Source of the DNA: Glaucostegus cemiculus
Taxonomy: Eukaryota
Assembly (NCBI GenBank): GCA_976551045.1
Contig: CDPCPM010000370.1
Location: 1,364,001-1,428,000, forward strand
Length of the DNA stretch: 64,000 nt
Direction of reading: 5' to 3'
The notes below the pieces were generated by a model, which did no database searches, was not told the DNA's origin, and saw only the letters and a list, made by a program, of their open reading frames with translations. Made by a program: the position numbers and the translations under genes. Of the stretch, positions 13,483 to 27,159 are shown piece after piece (positions within the stretch are counted from its first letter, which is position 1; the number at the start of each line of letters is the position of its first letter).

Positions 13483-14287
13483 TGAATTGTATATTACATT
13501 GGTGGGAAGAAGAAAAAAACAGAGACATAAGCAACGACAGGTGCTGGGATATGGATCAATAACAATCTGCTAAAGAAGATCAGCAGGTCGACAACGATCT
13601 GTACGGGAAAAGAGCAATCGACGCTTCAGCTCTAATGCTTGCATCTGGACATGCAGAGTCTCGCTTCGATCATCGATAATTCATTTTCCCTTCACTGATA
13701 CTGCTCGACCCATTGACTTCCTCCAGCAGTTCGTTATTTACTTGCGGGAAGAAAATAAGATCCATTCCACAAGATGGCAGCAGAGCTTCAATTAGCACTG
13801 GCCTGTAACACTTGTTTGGTTTTCAGCAGCTTCTGCCTGATATGTTCAATGTTTCCAATCAATTTCTGTTTAATCCTTTCAGTTAACTGGTCCAAAGCCG
13901 ACTCTATGGTCATTTAGAGATTGTCCCTTTCCCTGGTCGACGAAGGACCAAACAACCCTGTGTTTCTGATCAAATTAATTATTTTGTCCGGATATCAGTG
14001 CGTCTCTTTGATCTCTGAGGACAACACATTCTTTCTTTCTTTTTCAGATAATATTTTTTTTACTTTAATCAGCGAACGTACTGTCTGAATTTCCAGAGAT
14101 AAGCCCACGCCAACATCTGGGGACGGGAGTTCGACCACTCCAACGGATTTGGAACGACGCCAACTTTCCAATCGTATTCTGCCGGAAATGACGTAAAACC
14201 ATTGAGCGAGGCGGTATACTCTTTCTCTGATTCATGATCGACAGGTGCCTGAGAGAGAAGAAGCTCTGGCTATTGGGAACAATAACA

Positions 14288-15248
14288 ATGCGTCTCCCTA
14301 CATTCGCTACTCTGTGGGTGACATTCACCATCGGTAAGAAGACAAACGTTTTTAAATTTTCACTGAAGTGCTATGGTACTTTTAACGATCCAGGCCCCCA
14401 GTCTTCGAGTGTCATGGAAAATACATGTAATGTAAATATTTAACCTGCAAGATTATAATGTCAGGAAAGATTGATCGGGATGATCTATTTTCCTTAAAGA
14501 GGCAGATAAAAGAGATCTTGCAGTTGTTGAATATGGAAAAGACATCAAGGGAAGGGTACTCACATCAGTTGGGCATAAGTATTGGATCAGTGGTAGCTGG
14601 TAAATTTGATGAAACATCAGGATGAATGTCCTCCATTATAATATGATGAACATGAGGAACACGGTACAGATGGAGTTATGGAGCCTTATTATAAGTGTTT
14701 AAAACCCATGTCTGATGTTTTAGGGAAAAGAGAATGGCAGACAAGTAGATAGGGTGAGGTTAACCTCTCTTCTGGATGGTTGTGTGAGACACATACAGAT
14801 ATTATCGTACCCTGTGAATTTCATTAAGGTTCGTAGCATGCAGATTGGTCAGTCACTGTACATATTACATTGACACTCATTGCAATTAATGCTGTTCAGT
14901 TTGAAAGCTGACATGAATTTCCCACTTAACTTCCCCTATATTCCAGGTCTCACCGATGCTGATACCGTGACTCAGCGGGAGACCTCGCTCGCGCGGATAG
15001 AGGGGGACTCCGTCACTTTGACCTGCACGTACACCAACGCAGCTTATTATTTGTTCTGGTACCGCCAATTCCCTGAAGGACGGCCCGAGTTTGTGGTCCG
15101 CCGACACACAGACGGTAGTAATGAACTTCAGGCGAATTTCGCTAAAGGCCGATTTGCTGATGCAGTCCAAGGGTCAGAGAGAGAGTATAGGTTGACCATC
15201 CCGGCCGTACGTGTGTCTGACACGGCGACGTATTACTGTGCCGAGTCT
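14288..15248 (+). CDS. Intact TCR V delta-like segment (leader 14288-14333, V exon 14947-15248)
   Basis: MRLPTFATLWVTFTI|gtaaga; GLTDADTVTQRETSLARIEGDSVTLTCTYTNAAYYLFWYRQFPEGRPEFVV..DTATYYCAES; CRE-like TGACGTAA at 14189. Confidence 0.93.
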
Positions 15249-15287
15249 CACAGTGAACGAAACTTTCGAAGTTCTCAAACAATAACT
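15249..15287 (+). promoter_or_regulatory. 23-RSS
   Basis: CACAGTG + 23 nt + ACAATAACT. Confidence 0.9.
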
Positions 15288-16059
15288 GCAGCAGATTTCT
15301 GGGGCACAGGTGCAGTCTGCTGTGACCTGTTTTTAACAACGGCTCAGGCAATGACGCGGAAACCCAAACACTGAGCGTTATAGGAACTACTCCGGAGGAT
15401 GCAGTGAATGGCTTGAATGTACAAGTACTAGTGTCACACAACCACTGCGAAAATCGGAGGGTAATTGTCCTCCATTAATTGGAACAATCATCTGAATTTA
15501 CTGCCCCAAAATTTGGCTTCACCTTATGTAATTTTCTCTTGTATAACATCAATAGTGCATCTGGCGTTGTGGGAATCAGGGCAATTTGAACAGTGACTGT
15601 TTCTGTGGCAATGGTTCCCATGGTATCACGAAATATGTTTGGAAATTGTCTCATTGGAATGGCATTATTTTAGCAGCTGCCTGTCTCAAATTAGCGTACA
15701 GTGTAAAATGACCAGTGAGTGGGCCTGTAGGATAATGTACGAGTAGAATTAGTGCAGTGACTGAGTCCAATTTCAGAGCCGTTACTGTGATCCGGGCACA
15801 GTATGGGCCCTGCTTAGTCGGGGTCTGTGTTCTTTTCGCAATGACTGCCGCAGCAGGTCTAAACAGAAGCAAAACAGCATGAACAGATATTGCGCCTCTT
15901 GTAAAATGGCGGGGTAAATGTAAAGCAGTAACTTCGCCTGGCGCAGTTCGAGAGAGAGAGCACAATATCTTCGGCAGCAGGGCTTGGTGTAATATGTTCA
16001 ATATGGAAGATGTTCATCAAGAAATATACTGCAGATGTTTGATATCTGAAAGGAAACCA

Positions 16060-16680
16060 TGGACAAAGTCTGGCTATTTACCTGCTTCTGCTAACCGTAT
16101 GATTGCTTTTGTTACATTGATGGCCAAACAAGCCATGCTGCTTGTGGAAGGATACAATACCCCCCACTGCCTCACAAAGGTTTTCTCATACTATATCATG
16201 TCTGAATTTGGTAAAAAAATAGGAGTGGTACTGTTGATTCTTCGCTTAAATTTGAAGATGTTTGGAGTCCATTTATTCAATACTTTCATATGATGTAGTT
16301 TCCCCATCTATAACTTTTTTTTTTTAAATTCAAAGAAACGGAGCTGACGACATCATATTGTTCTATTTCTATTGAAAATTTTAACCCAGATTTTTTTTCT
16401 TGTTTTTTCTTTTTTTAAAATTCATTTTCGGTTTAATTTACTCTATATTATTATGATTTTTTTATTGATTTGGTTTTAATTTGGTTTTTTTCTAATTATA
16501 TAACAAATCTTTTTCTTTTCCATCTTTTACATTATACTTATGAACCGAGAGATTGTTGGAACTTTCTTCTATATATATCATACTTTATTGCTTTATTTAT
16601 GATTACCTCCGATTGTTACTTGATATTTCTATAATACATGTGTAAACATTGTTGTTATATATCTTAACCTGTATTGATTT
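16060..16680 (+). mobile_element. L1-type LINE 3' fragment
   Basis: IAFVTLMAKQAMLL resembles ILAFISLTARRAVLFNWK of the L1 at 21.1 kb; T-rich 3' UTR follows. Confidence 0.55.
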
Positions 16681-18723
16681 GTNNNNNNNNNNNNNNNNNN
16701 NNNNNNNNNNNNNNNNNNNNNNNNNNNNNNNNNNNNNNNNNNNNNNNNNNNNNNNNNNNNNNNNNNNNNNNNNNNNNNNNNNNNNNNNNNNNNNNNNNNN
16801 NNNNNNNNNNNNNNNNNNNNNNNNNNNNNNNNNNNNNNNNNNAACGATAAGTTGAGAGAACATCTGTAGAGAGAAAGCAGTTCAGGCGACAAACTACTTA
16901 TTGTTCAGCACAACAGTGAATTCACCTGGTGCAATGAGTGTCAATGTAATATGTGCAGTGACTGACCAATGTTCTATGCGGTCCAGTGAAATATTAGCAA
17001 GTAAAACACTTTGTGTAATATACAGAGGGACTGGGAATATCTAAAAATTGTTCATCAATAAACAGCCATAAAATCAGTAGAAAGCAATCGGCAATCGGCC
17101 GTTTCAAGAAATTTTACTCTTTAAATTAAAACGAAGATGTTCCTCTTAAACTCATGTGAATTTGAAGTGAAGAATTATCCAGGTTTTGGGAGGGATAATT
17201 TCTGTGTTCACCGAGAATAATGTTATTCCTTTGTTCTTTTCATGAAATAAAATCCAACGGTTGGACGGAAAATGCAGACAAGGAGACAAGATCACCTCAG
17301 ATCTTCTGTTCACGTCATGAAATGTTCTCCTTCAGGTGAATCCTGAATAGAATTTTAAGACATTCACATGACTTGGAAAAAGAAAATAAAACATCTCCCC
17401 TGCGAGTAGGTCTGAAATGGCGTCCGTGAACAGGAAGGTTTGCGAGCATTTTCTGACTTTCACATCCTAATCTGCCTCTTCTCTTCGGAACATCGCGTTG
17501 AGCACAATTCAATTCATTCAGAGTTCGCTCCAGATAGGTCCTCCAAACCAACAGAAACCCTAACTGTCAGGTTGTTTACTTGCTCTTTTTATTCGACTGT
17601 CATCCCCGACATCAATGTTCTGATTCTGCACCTCCAACTTGTGACTGCAATGAATTCAACAATGAAGCTTACGAATGAGATACTGACGGAGAGGGATAGT
17701 TAAATAGGTAATATCAGTCCTGGACAGAAGAAAGTTACTGTCAAAACCCACGATACACTGAAAGCGTCGACTATTTAAGAACAATAATGTTCTGCGATCA
17801 CATTGTGAAACTTCATTATGTTCTGTTGGAAGATGCAGACTCATCTCATCTTGGAGTTCAAGTAATAAAATTGAGACGCGGATCTCAACAAGTCCGGAAT
17901 GTGGAATCTCGTAAAAAAAGAGAAATTCGGAGTCCAAGGACCGGCTCTTTCCCATGTGGCTTTTTCCTCCGGAACACTCTGACTGATTTTTTTCTGGATC
18001 GGGTTGTTGCAAAAAGAAATCACAAGTCCATGTCTTCCTTCTGCTCACACCTGCCCTCTTCCACGTTTAGGATAAAAAATAAGCTGGGAATCTATCCAAT
18101 AATAGGGCCCAAAATAATTGCATCGGGCACCGTTTCAGAATGCATTTATTTATGAATCTCTTCGCACCGGAGGACGTGTAAATCTGAAACAAATTACAAT
18201 CTTGTTTTCCGAATGGGTATACCTGGCCGGCCTTCCCTCTGAGTTGTTTTTGAGCTGAAGATTGGTCTGTCAAATCCGAACCTGACTCACTAATCGATAT
18301 CATCTCCAGGCCTCACAAGTACTCACATTTCTGATATGTATCCAACTCCATTTTGGAAATTACCACTTCTCCACAGGAGTTAACGTAATAGCTCCACCGA
18401 ACCACTTCGTCCTGTTTTCACGATCAATAATATCTCGTCAATGTATCTCGTTTGAATGTCTTAACAATCTGATGGAATCTCGTCCCCTCACTCATATTGC
18501 ATTGTTAGTCACAATTTGACATCTTTGTTCGTTCATCTATTGTGTTGTCATACAGAAAAGTTCATACACACCGATATAATAATGTAGACTATTTAAATTT
18601 CTGTAATATGACCTCGCTGGATCAATAGTTTAAGTCGGGGATTTCATCCCGACCTCCCAATTAACATGTAAGAAACTGGGCAGACTGACTTGTTGTTCTT
18701 TAATCTCTTCCTCTCTCCTACAG

Positions 18724-18875
18724 CGAACTTGCTGACGATTGTGATATTCTTGAAAGGAAAATGCGGTCTCTCCAAATGTATCACTCTATACCCGGTGCCC
18801 ATGGCGGAAGCGATTTCTTGGTTATCGTCAACGCTGTAATATTAACACAGCTTCGCTCTATGTATTTCCCTGTTA
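18724..18875 (+). pseudogene. Second GPR139-like fragment (TM1-TM2 only)
   Basis: Acceptor ctctctcctacAG, then ANLLTIVIFLKGKCGLSKCITLYPVPMAEA/DFLVIVNAVIL; paralogous to 5475 onward, frameshifted and truncated. Confidence 0.8.
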
Positions 18876-19384
18876 CATGGCAATAAATAGATTTCCTGAT
18901 GGATAATAGGGTTGATCTTGTGCTTCCCAGATCGGCGAGTGTGTGTCCCACGCCGCCACCTTCCATGTTGCTTCGCTTCGCTCCATTGTGTTATCCCCTG
19001 TTTCTTTCTCCCTCAGGCACATAACGATTTCCCACGAACACATGTAATTCACCTGAACTATTCCAGCCGATACCAATTAAAACGTTCTTATAATAGCCCT
19101 GAACAATTCATCCCACTGAATATATCAGGAACCAGTAACCTGATGGTTCTGCGCACAAGATGAGGATTCCGGGCAACGATTTTCTGCATCCCGTCTCCCG
19201 AAAACCCCAACAGCTCAGGTGTTTCCTCGGCCTTTATTTCCTTCAGAAACGAGCTCCTCCCGATAAACCTTTGCTGATGGACTGAGCACATACTTCTTGG
19301 GGCATGTTCGTTGTTTTCCATTTATTCTTTTCCTCTCTGATCGTGGACGGGTCAAACAGCTGTACTCCAGATAGACTCTAACAA

Positions 19385-21630
19385 GGATTTTGTAAACTTT
19401 GAAAATCAATGGATTAAACTATATTACACAATGGATTAAATTACGTCATTTATATCCCTCTGCCCATGTTTTTACAAACTTCCAATTTTCTAAACCTTTT
19501 AAACTTCAACGCGGAACCAGACAGGGATGCCCTACAGGCCCTTTGCTATATGACCTGGCTTTAGAACCTTTAACTATTGCTTTCGAAAATCTATAGATAT
19601 TGCTAATATCTTTCGTAGATGTATTACCCACAAATTTTCGCTGTACGATGATGATTGTCTGCTGTTCATTTCTGATGTTAAGCCCGTTACCTTTTATGCT
19701 TTTTCTACTCTCCAGTGTAGCCAATTTTCAGGAAATAAACAGAATGTACACAAGAGTGAACTTTTCCCTTTAAAGAATCTGATGTGATTCGATACTAACC
19801 TTCATTTAAAACTGTAAGAACTCATTTTACCTATTTGTGTGTAACAAGTATTAAAAAACAAACACCTATTTGAAGAAAACTTCCTTACTTTACTGAATTA
19901 TCTGAAAAGGGTCTTATTAAATTGGTAACCCCTCTCGAAATCGTTGATTGGCAGCATTAATTCTATTAAAATGATTATTTTTACCTAAATTTATTTTTCT
20001 GTTTCATACCTTACTTGTTTTTATTCCGAAGTCCTTTCTTGATTCTCTTGATTAAATTATATCTTATTACATATGGGGAAAAAAAAAAACATCCCAGATT
20101 AAATAAAGTTCACTTTCAGAAAGATAAGAATAATGGAGGCTTTGCCTTACTCAACTTTAGGATTTATTACTGGACAGTCCATATACGAAATATTAAGTTT
20201 TGGTTACATGATATTAGTCACGAGACTTGTCCAGTGTGGGGTTTCTTTGGAAGCTTGTTTTGTTATATATTTTTTATTATCTCTGTGCTTGGCTTTTCCC
20301 TTCCTTCATCATTAAATGACTTAACTGTTAATTTGGTAGTTAAACATGCTTCAAGGATTTGGTTACAATTTAGAAAATATTATGTTTTATCGGGATTTTA
20401 TTTATCAAACCCAATTTTTGCTAATTGCTTTTTTTAATCCTTCCTTGACTGCCGTACTTTTTAAAGTGTGTTATAGATTGGTTATTAGTTGTTCTCATGA
20501 TCTATTTGTTGGAGGAAAGTTCGCAATGTTTGAACAATTGTCAATTAAATATAATTGAGCAAAAACTTACTTTTTTCAATATCTACAAATCAGAGACTTC
20601 CTCCAATCACAAGTATATATATATATACGTCCCGGTGAGAACTTACTAGATGCAATTATTAATTTGAAGCCTTTTTTTGTGGTTCAGTATCTAAGATTTA
20701 TGATAGCTTATCAGGAAAGCATAAGGTTCCTTTAGACAAAATTAAAAATGCTTGGTAACATGATCTGCTGATTTAAATCTCAGAAGAAACTTGGAATGTA
20801 ATGTTTCAATTGGTTAACACTTCATCATTATGTGCGTGTCACTCATTCCTTCAATTTCAAGTGGTCCATAGAGCTCTCCTGTCCAAAACCAAATTATCAC
20901 GTTTTTATTCGAATATACCTCCTTATTGTGATCGACGCAATAATTGAGAAGCTTCTTTAATTCACATGTTTTGGTCAGGCCCGTGTCTTATAAATAGTGG
21001 ATAGAGGTATTCAAACTTTCTCTGTGCTTTTTAAGATATTTTTTCAGCCAAATCCTTTAACTACATTACTTGGGATTGTTGGAGAAAGAGATATAATTTT
21101 AGAGGCTTCCGCCTTACACATATTGGCCTTTATTTCTCTTACCGCCAGGAGGGCTGTGTTGTTCAATTGGAAAGAAGTTCCTCCACTTACTCATGTTCAG
21201 TGGTTAGAGGATGTTATGGTATATCTACATTTAGAGAAGATCGTATGTTCAACTTCTGGATCTCATCTGGACCTTCAAATATTGTGGGGACCTGTTGCCC
21301 TTTTTTGAACTACTTCAAAACCATTGATTTTTTGCTTAAAGTACATATATTGGCTGATACTATTTTGTCTTCAGGTCTTGTTTTGCCATTTTTTACCAAA
21401 CACCTTCGGTCTTGGCAGTGGGTTCAGATTTTTGTTACAATAAAATTATTCCCATGTATTAATATTAATTAGTTATCATTTCTGTTTACCAATATGACGT
21501 ATTGTGATTTTACGTGCGAATCAATACAATGTATTTTTCAGCATTTTGTCTTTTCTTTCGTTTCATGTACTTTGCATTTTCTATCTGGAACAAACAAAAA
21601 AAATGTAAAAGAAAGAAAAAAGAAAAATAA
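19385..21630 (+). mobile_element. 5'-truncated decayed L1-clade LINE (ORF2 RT and C-terminal region, A-rich tail)
   Basis: FKLQRGTRQGCP.GPLLYDLALEPL, LYDDD-like motif, KDKNNGGFALLNFRIYYW, SLIHMFW; A-rich tail at 21590-21630. Confidence 0.88.
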
Positions 21631-23504
21631 ACTTATTTGGTTTGCAATTAAACCTTTCTGGAAATGACGTTATTTTAAATGATTTAGTCTTCTGATCAGT
21701 TATGAATTTCATGCAATATACAGTGTGGGCAAGCAGTCGCATTTCGACTGGAGCTGATCAGAATTTCCTCTCTCACGCAATTGTAGGTGTGTGACTATTT
21801 CAGAGCATTCACATAGTAAGGACGCACCATGACGAGAAAATGGAACCAATGTAACAATTAAATCAAGATAACCTTCAAATGATCAGAATTTGTTTTGGAT
21901 AACCAGGGAAGATGAGCACGAGCTGACTCGATTGTTCTCTTGATCTCTAGTTGGCAAGGGAGATCTATTTAGTAGTTGCTGTTGTTGACCATTATGGTCA
22001 CAAGATCAGTCCGGTTAAACAGAGCAAGTGACATTGAATTCAACTGACTTGTGAGACAGCTGAATATACAACTAACTGCATCGATGTGCTTCAACTGCCT
22101 GAACAATTCTGGAGAAAATCCTTTGCCGGTCAGCACAGTACAGATCACGGACATCTGCAATGAGATATGTAATGCCCATGCAACGAATCTCATGCCAATG
22201 CAACGAATTGCAACGAATCTCAACGGACACAAATGTGAGTGCCCCGAGCACTGAAACTTTTGACGCACGGCAAAATAAACAGCAGAGAGCACATTTATTT
22301 CAAACTGGTGAACGATCGATAACATTTTTCTAGATATAGCCGGAATATGCACAGTCGATAATAATGCTGAGAGTATGAGCTGTCTTCCAAAAGGAAAGTC
22401 TCATGAGGATGGACAGTTTGGTCTGTATCTCAGCCGGTAGACGCTGCTCAATGAACATGCGTTTGGAGATCAACATATTTCCTGTAATTATTGGTCACTC
22501 CCTTTCTAGCCTAGTTAATTGCAGAAGGAACAAGAGCTATTTGTCAATACAGTCCTCTTTGCAACTCTCGGCTTTGTTCTTTCCCACAGCTCCAGGTGAT
22601 GTTGAGCGGCGTCACAGCACTCACATATATCCCGCGGTTTCCGATGCAAGTGTGACTCTGAGGCCACTGGTCCAGAGCTGATGTTTCCCCCTAATCATTT
22701 TGATTCATTAAATCGATTGCTTACTGTGATCCCAGGTTACTGTGATCCCAGGTTATAACAGCCCGTGATTGCGCCTTTCACCTCCTATTCCAAATATCAA
22801 TCTAGTTTCGACTGAGTTTGCTCAATGATTCGGTTCTCGTAGATATAAAGATTTACCGCCCTCCTTGTCTCACTCTTTAGGTGCTATTTATGGAGGCTGG
22901 ATAATTTCGCGGTGGTTTTCAAAAAATTGCAGAGATCCTCACTGTGGCGGTTGCCCTTCAGTTTTCAATATTTCTGCCTTGTTCATCCAGGCCAGAAATA
23001 GCATTCAACAGAATCTGGTCTCCCGATGGTTTTGATGGACTGCAATATCCGCTATCGAAGAAAGCGAAACATTAACGGGGCAGTTTTGGTCTCTTCTTCT
23101 AAAATTCAATTCTGTTGGATTCAACGGTCCATATGTGATCACCAGATTTCTACCACGACAAAAAACGTCCCAATCCAGTGAACTGACATGAAAGAACATG
23201 CAATTTTTAAGCCTCCATTCCAAAGTGGATGTTTCCGGACGTGACAACACATTGAAAAGGACTTGTTCAGCGAATATCAGAGCAGCTGGTCACCTCACGT
23301 GACTGAGACCAATGCAGAGCTTCTGTAACTCGCTGAGCCCTTGACCTGAACCCTTTAATTCCGAACATGTTCTATCGGTGCAAATGAATCTGATTTCTCC
23401 TCTGCCATTCGCTGCTCGTATGAAATTCCGGGAGATATTTTTCAATAACCCGCAGTCGTCATATTTATTTCCACGAGTCCAATCTCTTTTGATCTCCATT
23501 TGTC

Positions 23505-23808
23505 ATTTACCCAAGGCGAATTTCCTCACGCCCGGTGCGTGGAACCGACACGGATAAATTGCACCTGTGACACATCAAGTATTTACTCCATGCAGTTGCA
23601 CATACGGCGCGATAGGGCTTGGAAAGAGTAAGAAAGAGAGCAGACATCGGGAGGGAGAATAAGACTTGCTTTACATGAGATCTCCGCACTTCGGACAGAT
23701 GCGTCCAGTTTATCGTCGAGAGCTCCAACAGGGTAGAAACAGCGATGGATTTACGGCGCAACCCATCAGCACACTGAGACAAAATGCAACGTTTCCCGCA
23801 CAGCCACC
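23505..23808 (+). pseudogene. TCR V pseudogene, family B paralog, with 23-RSS (23770-23808)
   Basis: RINCTCDTSSIYSMQLH vs QMNCTYDTTGVVYMYWH; FIVESSNRVETAM vs FMIDSPEGTDTAL; CACACTG-23-ACAGCCACC. Confidence 0.75.
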
Positions 23809-23850
23809 TCCCTCCTGTTCAAAGCTGCCGCCGTGTCGAACAGCGCGGAC

Positions 23851-24384
23851 AGTTTTTGTACAGGCTCAAGCCCAGTCAGTATCTCTGTGGTCTCAGGGCG
23901 CAAAATATGTGGCACCGTCTCCAAGTTGTGTTTCAGACACATTCAGCAGGACGATTTGACTCTTGTGATCAAGTGTGGCTGAGAATCGATTCGCTGGATT
24001 TCTCTCCTGGTTGTGGCTATATTGGCTTTTGTGCAACAGAAACTCAATGGAACCGTGAGAATACTGACGATACCAGAATAAGTTATGTAGTTACAGTACA
24101 ATTGGTCATTGTCCCCTTCCTGCACTGTGACTGCCGCAGGTGTCTGTGAAACGGAGTCTCCCCGAGTGTGTCCTGCAACAAACGGAGCGATATTAAATCA
24201 AGCAATGTCATGGAACTGTGCCAATCCCTTGGAATATGTTGCGCCCTTGTCCCATTTCGATGCCGAATGAACTGACTGTTGAAATGTAAATGCTGTCACA
24301 ATCGTGTGCCCTTCGTGTTGCGCACTTAGTGAACTCACTGATTAAGAGAGCTGCCGCGAGACTCAATGAATAAACACCAGTCAT
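23851..24384 (-). pseudogene. TCR V pseudogene, family A paralog (leader 24384-24339, V exon 24171-23890, RSS 23889-23851)
   Basis: MTGVYSLSLAAALLI|gtgagt; DSVSQTPAAVTVQEGDNDQLYCNY/LFWYRQYSHGSIEFLL..NRFSATLDHKSQIVLLNVSETQLGDGATYF/CALR with several frameshifts; CACAGAG-23-ACAAAAACT. Confidence 0.88.
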
Positions 24385-25447
24385 GTACGCAAAGACTGAT
24401 GGTGGATTTCAACAGACCTCTTCGGCACTATGCTGACTTCGATCGGATGTACTGTGACATCCGGCCTCTCTTCCGATATAATACTCTCCGACAATGTGAA
24501 CAGGTGACATCGAATAACCTGACTGGTTCTTTCCTCTCCAGTTCGTCCAATCGGTTCACTGCTCCTTTATTTACAGATAAAGGACGTCAGAAAATGGGAG
24601 GGGCTCGCGATGATCTCGTCGCGTCACAACAACGAAGAAAACTACACCTAAAATCAATCAACCATAAGTGTTGATCATCCGAAATAGAATCAGACAATTA
24701 TTCAATTTGATGACCTTTACACAAATTCAACCTGTCATTTCAGTGTGGTGAATTCAACGGTGGAGCAAACAATAGTCTTTGCTAATGTGGTTCCAGTCTC
24801 AAGTTCCAGGACTGCAGGGGCAAGAGATTCTCTCTGAAAAGCGGAACATGCCGCCTACGATGTCACGGAGGGAACTTGAGAAAAATGGTACAGAGACTTT
24901 GGAAAGGACAGTAGCATAAAACAAAAGATGTGTTGGTCGTTTTGGCAGTGAAATTTGAGGAGAAAAATAGACACATGGAATCACACAAAATCTCGGGTAT
25001 TACGCATCTAACTAATTTGGCAATTCACGTCTTAGGAAGTATGTACTGGGAGGAAAGATTAGGAGAATAGTCATCATTTAATTCTTGGAATGGCTGGTTT
25101 GTCTTCTGAGGAGATTATGTAGGCTAGACCTGTACTATCTAGAATTCAGAACATTAAAAAAAAACATTTAGTTACACATTTAATCTTTACGGAGCAGAAT
25201 AAGTGACGAGATATTTGATCTGGCGGAGCTACCTTGAGGGAGAGTTCACCGTTTCAACACAAGAAAACGGCTGATGAAGGCAAGAATGGAAAAGCTCTTT
25301 GCACAGAAGGCGCTGAGTAATTGTTATTCACCACCCTACAGGATTGAGCAGGCTCAAACGCCGAGTCTGTCCAAGACAGAGACTAATATTATGCATCTAC
25401 AAATATGAGGTATTCAGGTAATATCGGATAAAACTTTAGCACTTGAA

Positions 25448-25495
25448 AATGGCGTTGGCGTAGAAGCACAGAATGGCGTTGGCGTAGAAGCACAG
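25448..25495. repeat. Perfect 24-bp tandem duplication
   Basis: aatggcgttggcgtagaagcacag x2. Confidence 0.9.
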
Positions 25496-25681
25496 AAAGG
25501 ACCTTATTGAATGACGGATGAAGGTCGAATGTTTATTAGCCTTGGATTTCCTCTGTTGCATATATGGTTTCACGCTTGCCAATGTTTGTCATCACCCTGT
25601 GGCGTTTGGTTTCTTTTGTGTGACTCGGTCACCAGCAAGGCCCTGGATTCGATCCAGTGAGAGGAGGTTAGAGTCTCCGCC

Positions 25682-25720
25682 GGTTTTTGTACGGAAAGGC
25701 TGCACAGGTGCCACAGTGTG
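25682..25720 (-). promoter_or_regulatory. 23-RSS
   Basis: Minus strand CACACTG + 23 nt + ACAAAAACC. Confidence 0.9.
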
Positions 25721-26158
25721 GGGCTCAACGCACAGAGGTACACGGCCCCGTCTGAGACGAGCGCCCCGGAGATCATTAGAAAATATGACTTCTTATCCGT
25801 GTCTAAATCGTCAGAGAAGTTGGGAGGCGAATCTGGAGACCGAGCATTCCCATCCTTGCTGAATCTCTTAAACAAATATCTCGGAGCTTCTCCGGGACGG
25901 TGGATGTACCAGAAGAGATCGGGAAATGTACGCGATGTGGAGTAAGTGCAGTTCAGTATTATGGTCTGTCCTTCCAGAACCGCTAGTTCTGGCGGATCCT
26001 GTGAAACGGTATCCTGGCCACTCGATGCTGCAACGAAACACTGAGAGTTCATTCAGTGCAGTAGAGTCTCAGATGCACAGGACATACACTGACCATTTAA
26101 ACAGAGACTCACCGGGCAGCAACGCCATCAATATCAGCAGTGAACAGGAGAAGCGCAT
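25721..26158 (-). CDS. Intact TCR V alpha-like segment (leader 26158-26113, V exon 26027-25721)
   Basis: MRFSCSLLILMALLP|gtgagt; ASSGQDTVSQDPPELAVLEGQTIILNCTYSTSRTFPDLFWYIHRPGEAPRYLF..DGAVYLCALSP. Confidence 0.93.
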
Positions 26159-27159
26159 CATTCCTGGTGCCGAGCCGGACTGGATATAGATTTTCAACAT
26201 ATTCACTCTCTGGAGTGAATTATTCAAATGAAATCAGCGGCGGGCTTTATTGATTGGTGTAAGTGTGGACGTTAGTCACACACGGGATTGGTTCATCGCT
26301 ATGAAATTCAAAATCTTGCAGCCAATTAGAAGGAGCTGCTTGCCGACCACTTGGAAACAATCAGAAGGATCTCCAAGTTTGCGCGCCGACCACTCTGTGG
26401 ACAGTGGATTCCCGCAGAAAGATAACCGGCTCTTCGACAAGTAGTGTCGAACGAAATGCGGAACAAGGTGTGGTGCATTGGAAATACTGCGAACCGGAGC
26501 CACAGGCACACACCGAGAAAAAATATAAAGTCTGGAAATGTTGTCAACAATCATGCGATCAAGCAGACCCAGTGAAATTAGAAAACAAGGATGAGGTTTT
26601 AGATCGTAAATCTTTCGACAGAAACAGTTTAACACATGCGAGGTCATTGTGCACCACAGCTCAGATGCCTCAAATGAACGGGGTCTCAGTCGGAACCCAA
26701 GAGCGGCATCTTGTATCGCTTGGCGGTTGGAAGGAGAATTACACTGAACGGCAAAAAACGAATACAAATTGGGACACACAACCTAAACACAGGGTTTTGT
26801 TCGATCTGGAAAATTTTGGAGGCACGGAAGTGTAGATCGGGGTGCAGTGTTTGTTTTTTTTGAAGAACAGAAGGCTAAGGGAAAAGTTAACAAAAGGATT
26901 TAAATATAAGCCCGAGTCAGAGAAAGGTAATGGAAGATATTTATTCCCTAACTTCCATGGTTTCTGGAAATAAAAGAAATATTAGAGAGAACACAGGTAA
27001 AATGTTTATGTCCCAGTTACCAATCTCACTCGAGTACCAGCCCTGTTACATCTCTCTGGGGATGGCGAGAAAAGAAAACACGACTTCCAGCGTTGGTGGG
27101 GGAAACGCAGATCCATATGGTGGCCGGAACCTTCAGTCAAAGTTTTCATTAGTTTCTAC

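Noticed and set aside
25712-25718. Plus-strand CACAGTG as a separate RSS
   Set aside because: It overlaps the minus-strand RSS and has no nonamer at 12 or 23 nt
26404-26835. 143-aa ORF and other 60-170 aa ORFs without motifs
   Set aside because: No recognisable domain or splice context; expected by chance or antisense to real exons
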